Shown here: positions 57,484-64,000 of the stretch, piece after piece
How positions within the stretch are numbered: position 1 is the stretch's first letter
Layout of the letters: each line of letters begins with the position of its first letter
Virus record (IMG/VR): IMGVR_UViG_3300025141_016375
Coordinates: 9,895 to 73,894 of that record
DNA: 64,000 nt
Origin: a virus
Strand: one strand, 5' to 3'
Program-made: the position numbers and the translations under genes
The notes under the pieces: model-generated
What the model was told of the DNA's origin: nothing
The model's input: only the letters and a program-made list of their open reading frames with translations
The model's database searches: none

Positions 57484-60400
57484 ATGCGATTTGCGCATTT
57501 AGCTGACACACACATCAAAAACCTAAAGTATCATTACGAATACAAAGAAGTTTTTAAAAAATTATACGAGACTTTGCGAAAAGAAAAAGTGGATTATATT
57601 ATTCATTGCGGTGACATAGCCCATACAAAGACTCAACTTTCTCCTGAATTTGTGGACCTTTGTTCTAACTTTCTTTCGCAACTTGCTGCTATAGCACCTA
57701 CTTACCTAATTCTTGGGAACCACGATGGCAACCTTAAAAACAGTAGCAGGCAGGATGCCATTACCCCTATTGTAGAGGCGTTAAACAATCCAAACTTATT
57801 CTTGTTAAAGAGTAGTGGAGAGGAGAATTTAAATGGAAATTATAGCCTTAATGTTCTTAGTGTCTTTGATCGTGATAATTGGGTTCCACCTTCCGACAAT
57901 CGAAAAATTAATATTGCTCTTTATCATGGCGCTATTTCTAATAGTCGGACTGACTTGGGTTGGGTTATGGAACATGGCGAAGACGACCTTTCAATCTTTG
58001 AAGGACACGATTTCGCGTTTCTGGGCGACATTCACAAAACCAATCAGACGCTAGACCACAAGGGACGAATTCGTTATGCCGGATCCACCATTCAACAAAA
58101 TCATGGCGAAACAAATGACAAAGGATTTCTGATTTGGGATATCCAAGATACCGATAATTGGGATGTAAAACATGTCCAGTTAAAAAATCCCAAACCTTTC
58201 ATCACTATAGAGTTAACGCCCAAGGGAAGAATGCCCAATAAAATTCAAGTTCCTACCGGTGCCCGTTTGCGTTTGGTTTCCAATAACAATCTTCCTCTGG
58301 ATGTTATGAAGAAAGCAGTGGAGATTGCGAAGCATCGCTTCAAGCCCGAAAGTATTACATTTTTAAATCGGGCTGCAGGAGAGCGTGGAAATATAGAAGA
58401 ATTCGCTGATGGATTGGCCAGTGACAATTTAAGAGACCCGGTGGTGCAAGAGGAGTTGATCGAAGAGTATTTAAAAGACTTTCAGGCAGAGGAAGATTTA
58501 TTACAGCGTGTTAAACGACTCAACTCTAAATACAATAGGACAGTAGAGGCGCAAGAAGAAGTCGGAAGAAACGTTAATTGGAAACTAGAATCACTAGAAT
58601 GGGAAAACTTATTTAATTATGGAACTGGGAATAGGATCAGCTTTAGTAAGCTTAATGGAATCGTGGGAGTCTTTGGAAAAAACTTCAGCGGAAAGTCTAG
58701 TATTATTGACAGCATGCTCTACGCTCTCTTCAATTCTACTAGTAAAAATGAGAGGAAAAATCTCAACATCATTAATCAAAATAAAGAAACTGGCTTGGGG
58801 AAAGTAAAGATTTCCATAGGCAATAAATTATATACAGTCGAAAGGTCCTCTGAAAAATATGTTAGAAAGCTCAAGGGAGAAGAGACCTTAGAAGCCAAAA
58901 CTGATCTTAATTTTGAATGTTATGACGCCGCCACCGACGAGGTTCAAAGCCTCAATGGTCTAACGCGCAATGAAACCGATAAGATTGTAAGAAAGCATTT
59001 TGGAACTCTCGAAGACTTTCTTTTAACTTCGATGGCCTCTCAGCTTGGTTCTCTCCAGTTTATTAGCGAAGGTTCAACCAGACGAAAAGAAATTCTTGCT
59101 AAGTTTCTTGACCTAGAAATGTTTGAAAAGAAATATAAAATGGCCAAAGAAGATGCGTCTGATTTGCGAGGGGCCCTCAAGCGATTGGAGGGAAAAGAAT
59201 TTGCCGAAGATATTTTATTAACTGAGAATTGTATCCTCTCCAATGAAAAAGAGATGGGAATGCACGTTAAAAAATGCGAGGGTTTAAAGGTTGAACTAAC
59301 TAACTTCACCACCGAATTAAATGATTTGATTAAAAAAATTGACTCCATCCCCACGGAGATCATCAATATTGCAGAAATCACCACTCAACTCGGTACCAAA
59401 GAGAAAGAAGTTGCCAATTTAATTGCTCACAATATACAATTAAATGAAGAACTGTTTAGCAATAAAGAGGTTTTAGTTAAAATTGTTAACTTTGTTTCTG
59501 AATTTGATGTTACCGAGGTACAAAAAAACAAAACTATACTAATTGAGAAACAAGAAAAGTTTAATCAACTTGTCGGCGAGATTAAAAACGAAGAAATAAG
59601 ACTACAGAACCAACATAAGAAAACTCAATTGCTTAAAGAAGTTCCGTGCGGTTCGGAGTTTTCTCATTGCAAATTTATAAAAGATGCTTATGCTGCAGCC
59701 GATCAATTGACTCTTACAAAACATTCTTGTGCGAAATTAATGACCAACAAGGATCGAGTGGACAAGGAGATCATAAAATTAAATCCCGAAAAGATAGAGG
59801 AGCATTTACATAACTATGATCAATTGCTCGATAAGCAATCCACTTTAGAAGCGGAGACAAGACATGCGACCCTTACCATAGAAAAAAATGATATCGCCTA
59901 TCAATCTTTAAATAAAGAAATTGAACATTTATATGAAAAGCAGAATACCTATCATAAAAATAAAAATACCATTGAAGGGAAAGAAATGTTAGTGCGCCAG
60001 TCACTATCCATCGAGAAAGATATCAAGAACAAGAAGAAGGCTGTTCAAAAGTGCGAAAACCAAAAGCTTGAACTGTATAAAGAGCACGGCTCTTTAGAAC
60101 AAAAGCTCACTTCTCTTGAAGAGCAGAAACAAGAGTTGGCTGATCTCCGAGAAGATTATGCTGCATATGATTTATTTATGCAATGTATGCATAGCAATGG
60201 GATTTCATACGACATCATTAAAAGAAAGCTTCCTGTGATTAATAATGAAATTGCCAAAGTGCTTGCGAACGTTGTTAGCTTTGAAATCTTTTTTGAAAAT
60301 GAGGGCAGGCACCTAAAAATATTAATTAAGCACCCCAGCCACGAACCTCGTCCCATAGAAATGGGAAGCGGAGCCGAAAAGACGATTGCGGCAATGGCAA

Positions 60401-60639
60401 TTCGTCTGGCCCTTCTATCTGTTTCTAATTTGCCCAAATCAAACATCTTTATTCTCGATGAACCCGGTACCGCCCTGGATGCCGATAATATGGATGGCTT
60501 TGTACGCATCCTTGATTTAGTCAAATCTTATTTTAAAACTGTATTGTTAGTGTCCCATCTGGAGTCTCTCAAAGATTGTGTGGACATGCAAATAACAATC
60601 GATAAAAAAGATAAATATGCGTATGTAATGGAGGCGTAA
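57484..60639 (+). CDS. Single-chain Mre11/SbcD nuclease - Rad50/SbcC ATPase fusion (gp47-gp46-like)
   Basis: Nuclease motifs ADTH, GDIAH, GNHD, YHG and GDIH. Then Walker A GKNFSGKSS, a long coiled coil, signature GSGAEK, Walker B ILDEP, D-loop ALD and VSH. Confidence 0.93.
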   Translation: MRFAHLADTHIKNLKYHYEYKEVFKKLYETLRKEKVDYIIHCGDIAHTKTQLSPEFVDLCSNFLSQLAAIAPTYLILGNHDGNLKNSSRQDAITPIVEALNNPNLFLLKSSGEENLNGNYSLNVLSVFDRDNWVPPSDNRKINIALYHGAISNSRTDLGWVMEHGEDDLSIFEGHDFAFLGDIHKTNQTLDHKGRIRYAGSTIQQNHGETNDKGFLIWDIQDTDNWDVKHVQLKNPKPFITIELTPKGRMPNKIQVPTGARLRLVSNNNLPLDVMKKAVEIAKHRFKPESITFLNRAAGERGNIEEFADGLASDNLRDPVVQEELIEEYLKDFQAEEDLLQRVKRLNSKYNRTVEAQEEVGRNVNWKLESLEWENLFNYGTGNRISFSKLNGIVGVFGKNFSGKSSIIDSMLYALFNSTSKNERKNLNIINQNKETGLGKVKISIGNKLYTVERSSEKYVRKLKGEETLEAKTDLNFECYDAATDEVQSLNGLTRNETDKIVRKHFGTLEDFLLTSMASQLGSLQFISEGSTRRKEILAKFLDLEMFEKKYKMAKEDASDLRGALKRLEGKEFAEDILLTENCILSNEKEMGMHVKKCEGLKVELTNFTTELNDLIKKIDSIPTEIINIAEITTQLGTKEKEVANLIAHNIQLNEELFSNKEVLVKIVNFVSEFDVTEVQKNKTILIEKQEKFNQLVGEIKNEEIRLQNQHKKTQLLKEVPCGSEFSHCKFIKDAYAAADQLTLTKHSCAKLMTNKDRVDKEIIKLNPEKIEEHLHNYDQLLDKQSTLEAETRHATLTIEKNDIAYQSLNKEIEHLYEKQNTYHKNKNTIEGKEMLVRQSLSIEKDIKNKKKAVQKCENQKLELYKEHGSLEQKLTSLEEQKQELADLREDYAAYDLFMQCMHSNGISYDIIKRKLPVINNEIAKVLANVVSFEIFFENEGRHLKILIKHPSHEPRPIEMGSGAEKTIAAMAIRLALLSVSNLPKSNIFILDEPGTALDADNMDGFVRILDLVKSYFKTVLLVSHLESLKDCVDMQITIDKKDKYAYVMEA

Positions 60640-60640
60640 T

Positions 60641-60850
60641 GTGCCAGTATACGATTTTAAATGCAGTACATGCGAACATATTTTTGAATTAATTCAAAAG
60701 TATCTCGACCCCCACCCCTCCTGTGAAAAGTGCGGAGAACCCACAATTAAAATTATATCTAGCACCACCTTTATTTTAAAAGGGGGCGGCTGGTATAAAG
60801 ACGGATATTCTGCCGAACCCCCTGATTCTAAAAAAGTTTCAGATAAATAA
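60641..60850 (+). CDS. FmdB-family zinc-ribbon protein
   Basis: MPVYDFKCSTC...CEKCG...FILKGGGWYKDGY; GTG start after a GGAGG SD. Confidence 0.9.
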   Translation: MPVYDFKCSTCEHIFELIQKYLDPHPSCEKCGEPTIKIISSTTFILKGGGWYKDGYSAEPPDSKKVSDK

Positions 60851-60870
60851 AGATAATAAGAACAAAATGA

Positions 60871-60877
60871 CTAATTA
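60871..60877 (+). promoter_or_regulatory. Candidate late promoter CTAATTA
   Basis: aCTAATTAta, 30 nt before ATG 60901, followed by AAGGAG, where structural genes resume. Confidence 0.55.
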
Positions 60878-60900
60878 TACTGAAAAGCAAGGAGTTTATA

Positions 60901-61365
60901 ATGGCAGATCCGCAAGGTTATTTTGTAGGAACACAGGTTCCCGCAGTTGGTTTAAGAAATGTAGGTTCATATCAGGTCTCTGGTCACCCCTTTATCACTG
61001 GTTCGCTTCTCAGCACGACGCAAGAGCTACAAGTAGATTTTCCCTTTGTCACCAAAGAGTTTACAGTGGTTTCGTCAGGGAGCACAGATGGAGGCCCCAT
61101 TTTACGCGTCCACTTTAATACGAGTAGTGACGGAAATGTTATGGCAGACGGTGCAAGTGCAGGCGGTCATCATTTTGTATCGGTTGGCCCCGGCGGTGTC
61201 TCGGCAACGTTTGATGTTAAATGCACACGAGTTTTTATTACTTGTTTTTCTGGTGGTATTGAACAGGTAGCCAATAGCGATAATGGGTTTGAGCTTTTAG
61301 CATCTTTAACTAACATTCCCACCTCAAGTATGTATCCCCTGACCGGTTCGGGGTTGACGACTTAA
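60901..61365 (+). CDS. Small beta-rich putative virion protein
   Basis: AAGGAG SD; GLRNVGSYQVSG.PFITGS; Gly/Ser rich. Confidence 0.7.
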   Translation: MADPQGYFVGTQVPAVGLRNVGSYQVSGHPFITGSLLSTTQELQVDFPFVTKEFTVVSSGSTDGGPILRVHFNTSSDGNVMADGASAGGHHFVSVGPGGVSATFDVKCTRVFITCFSGGIEQVANSDNGFELLASLTNIPTSSMYPLTGSGLTT

Positions 61366-61388
61366 TATTATAAAGGAGACCGTTTTTC

Positions 61389-63071
61389 ATGACAGATTAT
61401 AAGGGCTCTCCCGCTGATCAGATTGCTGCAAGTCTCACAGCCGGTGGGCTAGTATGTTCTCCCACAGCATCGGGCTGCAGTACTGTTGCCATTGGTGCTG
61501 ATGGAAGCTCATTGGTTTTAACTCCGATGGGCGCCGGCGGTGGCGGCGGCGGCGGTGGTGGCCTCATCACCACTTATTCGAATCCGGGAAATGATAGAAT
61601 GATAACTTCGGTTAATGGCAGCACCATTAACGGCGAAGCAAATTTTACTTTCGATGGAACAGAAATGACTATAGGCGCCAGTACCGCAGCCGATATTCAT
61701 ATCACCGGGACTATGCGCATCAGCGGTACCGTTCCTAATTCCGCTAGTCTTTTCCTGACTGGCACCGGGCCTTTTCCCGCCATTACAGCAGACGATCCTT
61801 ATTTTTGCCTCTTGGCTGATGAAGATAAAGATTCTGCTGCTATTATTGGCCAAGCTTATATGGGCTATGGCGGCTTTCTTGATCGTGCAGTTTTTGGCCA
61901 TAAAGATTCTCAAGCTGTGCCTACAGCTTTTGCTTTTATGCAAAAAGGCTTAACAGGAGGTGCCATTGAAGCGGGCTCTGTTTCTATTAATGCGCCTTCA
62001 ACGGGCTATTTATCGTTTGCTATTTCTTCTGCCCATAAAGCACGCTTTTCGGTTATGAATTTGGGCGGAGTCGCAGCAGCCCAACTTGCGGATCCTCCCG
62101 CACCGGGTAATAATCCGCAGTCTGGGTTTGCAATTGGCACCAATTATTTTCCTAGTTACCCCCTAGACGTTTCAGGCGGAATACGCGTTGGTGTATTTAC
62201 CGATAAAATGCAAACGAATGTGGATGGCGGGGGGGGTTTTGTCCCCTCGATGCACTATATCACCGGCACCATCTTACATACAGGCTCTTATATTTTACGG
62301 GGGGCCCCGGGCGGCTTCGGCACCGCCGGAGCAGACGCAGGCCTCTTGATTGTTTCAGCTTCTGGCCCATGCGCCACGGGCATTGATGTTTCGGGGTCCA
62401 TTACAGCATCCTGCGGAATCTCTGCTAGTTTTTTCCAGGGTGATGGATCACAATTAGCAAATCTTCCAGGCGGTGGGGCTTCTGCGGGCAGCGATACTCA
62501 AATCCAATATAGCATCGGCGGCGGAAACTTTGGAGCCAATTCTAATCTTACATATGAATACGGAGCAACTCCAAACTTCCTCTCTTTAACCGGTACGTTG
62601 CTGCACACTGGTTCTTACGAATTAAGCGGCGGATTAAAGATATTATCAAGTAGCATGGGTGAATACCCCGCCAACGGCTGCGCCTTCGACCAACTAAATG
62701 GTGGCCATAAATTACCTTATATAGAACTTCTAAACGACGGCTTCGGCCCCACCAATAATTATTATACGGCTTCTTTAGATTATTATTATATGGTTCTGAA
62801 AGATAATACTGGCAATCCGGCCCCAACCGGGATTCGAGTGGCGTTGCCTGACGCGGCCTCCGCAGGTGCGGGTAGGACTTTGGTCATTAAAAGAGGGATG
62901 GATACTGCCAATGTGGCTGGGTGCGCTGGCCCCGCATTGTGTTCGGACTTGGTTTATCATCCTCAATCTCACAATTACCTCGATTTGAGCCAAGACGATA
63001 AGCCCCTCAACGGCTCATTTGAGTCTGTTACGGTAATGTCGGATGGCAACGACGGGTGGTGGACAGTATAA
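61389..63071 (+). CDS. Putative tail-fibre/decoration protein
   Basis: GEANFTFDG, FQGDGSQLANL, AGSDTQIQY..GGNFGA..NL and LPDA..AG.GRTLVIK...SDG..WW are common fibre motifs; poly-Gly linker. Confidence 0.75.
   Translation: MTDYKGSPADQIAASLTAGGLVCSPTASGCSTVAIGADGSSLVLTPMGAGGGGGGGGGLITTYSNPGNDRMITSVNGSTINGEANFTFDGTEMTIGASTAADIHITGTMRISGTVPNSASLFLTGTGPFPAITADDPYFCLLADEDKDSAAIIGQAYMGYGGFLDRAVFGHKDSQAVPTAFAFMQKGLTGGAIEAGSVSINAPSTGYLSFAISSAHKARFSVMNLGGVAAAQLADPPAPGNNPQSGFAIGTNYFPSYPLDVSGGIRVGVFTDKMQTNVDGGGGFVPSMHYITGTILHTGSYILRGAPGGFGTAGADAGLLIVSASGPCATGIDVSGSITASCGISASFFQGDGSQLANLPGGGASAGSDTQIQYSIGGGNFGANSNLTYEYGATPNFLSLTGTLLHTGSYELSGGLKILSSSMGEYPANGCAFDQLNGGHKLPYIELLNDGFGPTNNYYTASLDYYYMVLKDNTGNPAPTGIRVALPDAASAGAGRTLVIKRGMDTANVAGCAGPALCSDLVYHPQSHNYLDLSQDDKPLNGSFESVTVMSDGNDGWWTV
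61536..61562 (+). repeat. (GGC/GGT)9 tract encoding a poly-Gly linker
   Basis: ggcggtggcggcggcggcggtggtggc. Confidence 0.9.
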
Positions 63072-63099
63072 AATGGAACACAAAGGAGAAACAGTTTAA

Positions 63100-63870
63100 A
63101 TGTCATACAAATCGGTATCCGGAGCTGTATATAAGCTAGGCCCTACCCATTGGTCGAATGCCACTACCGCGTCAGTTGCATTCATCAATCCTGATTTGGG
63201 ATCTTATCTTTTCAATAGTGAGGTGGGGGCAAGTTCCTCCTTCACTATTTCCGGCAGCGTACAAATTACTGGCTCCGCCGCCGGGGGGGGGCCTGATGGT
63301 ACCCTATTTACGATTGAAGCAGGCGGATCCGGACGCGACGTCGACGGCAAAGTCGCTTTACACGTCCAAGCTAGCGGCGGCTTTGGCCGAGTTGGAATTG
63401 GTAAATCGAGCCCTAAAGTTGAATTGGATGTGGGATACGACAGCGTAAGCGATCCCAATAATTTCGCTCCGGACAGCGGCGGCGGCGAAGTGGTATTTTT
63501 TGCATCTTCATCGCACCCGACCCTCACCGCAGGTGCTCTCTATTATATGAACGATACTAGCAGTTGGCAAAGCGCCTCGGCCCATTCAACAGGCTCCGGC
63601 GCAGATCGCTTGCTTGCTATCTCCTTGGGAACTTCTCCTCAAGACCATGGGATGCTAATTCGAGGCTGGTTTAACGCCACTACTTTCTTTACAGGCGCAT
63701 TTAGCTCAGGTGCAGCCGTCTACATTCACTCAGGAACAGCCGGTTACATGAACGGCTCGCCACCCACGGGAGAGAGTAGTTATTCCCGTATTGTCGGCTA
63801 CGGCAGTGCCAATAGCAACTTAATTTATTTCAATCCTAGTTCAAACTGGATTGAACTCACCGGAAGTTAA
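63100..63870 (+). CDS. Putative tail-fibre/decoration protein
   Basis: GRVGIGKSSP...LDV fibre motif; AAAGGAG SD; Gly/Ser rich. Confidence 0.7.
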   Translation: MSYKSVSGAVYKLGPTHWSNATTASVAFINPDLGSYLFNSEVGASSSFTISGSVQITGSAAGGGPDGTLFTIEAGGSGRDVDGKVALHVQASGGFGRVGIGKSSPKVELDVGYDSVSDPNNFAPDSGGGEVVFFASSSHPTLTAGALYYMNDTSSWQSASAHSTGSGADRLLAISLGTSPQDHGMLIRGWFNATTFFTGAFSSGAAVYIHSGTAGYMNGSPPTGESSYSRIVGYGSANSNLIYFNPSSNWIELTGS

Positions 63871-63872
63871 TC

Positions 63873-64000
63873 GTGGCTCTAGGATCTTCTAAGCCAGTCT
63901 GTTATTATCAATTCGAAAACAATGCATATGATGATTCTCTTGCTGGTAATATGATGGACGGTACCGTCGCGACAGGCGCTTCTTTTTCAACTCTTCAGAA
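63873..64000 (+). CDS. Start of a probable LamG-type virion protein, truncated by the window end
   Basis: GTG at 63873 opens MALGSSKPVCYYQFENNAYDDSLAGNMMDGTV..., open to the window end. YYxFENNA..D..GN..DGT is a usual lead-in to LamG domains. Confidence 0.5.
   Translation, partial: MALGSSKPVCYYQFENNAYDDSLAGNMMDGTVATGASFSTLQ

Noticed and set aside
60867-61118. 83-aa alternative-frame ORF
   Set aside because: Overlaps 60901..61365, which has the strong SD; its start also overlaps the candidate promoter.
137-63527. All minus-strand ORFs in the track (e.g. 137..658, 24321..24812, 61518..61943)
   Set aside because: They lie antisense to well-supported + strand genes and show no recognisable motifs; shadow ORFs.
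1-64000. Alternative genetic code, tRNAs, introns/inteins, diversity-generating retroelement
   Set aside because: TAA, TAG and TGA all end genes and the ORFs tile the window under the standard code. Intergenic gaps are short with no cloverleaf seen. No reverse transcriptase, homing endonuclease or intein motifs recognised.

Overview
This is a gene-dense, AT-rich segment of a large tailed bacteriophage with a T4-like contractile-tail baseplate, probably an uncultured jumbo-type myovirus. Every credible gene is on the + strand, most abut or overlap, and many have GGAG/AAGGAG Shine-Dalgarno sites. Gene order: (1) 1-2.5 kb, PhoH, an HExxH protein and a Cas4/RecB-like nuclease. (2) 2.5-15.9 kb, a glycan-building island with several glycosyltransferases, three methyltransferase-like genes, a GNAT acetyltransferase, DUF4254, a carbohydrate sulfotransferase, a DegT aminotransferase, GDP-mannose 4,6-dehydratase, a HAD phosphatase and a DUF2061-APS kinase fusion. 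(3) 15.9-17.7 kb, small genes including a putative late sigma factor. (4) 17.7-56.0 kb, baseplate/tail block: M15-peptidase hub protein, spike, 2962-aa giant, gp25, gp6, 3443-aa LamG giant and tail-collar-like paralogues. (5) 56.0-60.9 kb, RuvC-like resolvase, primase and a single-chain Mre11-Rad50 fusion. (6) 60.9-64 kb, Gly/Ser-rich fibre-like proteins. The most interesting signal is a strong enrichment of [S/T]-[G/A/S]-[S/T] tripeptides in a subset of virion proteins, next to an apparently near-complete pathway for an acetylated, methylated, sulfated amino-sugar glycan. This suggests a phage-encoded virion O-glycosylation system with its own sequon (inference). A recurring CTAATTA motif 24-31 nt before structural genes is a candidate late promoter. 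I found no tRNA, rRNA, CRISPR array or mobile element. All calls come from motif recognition by eye; no searches were run.
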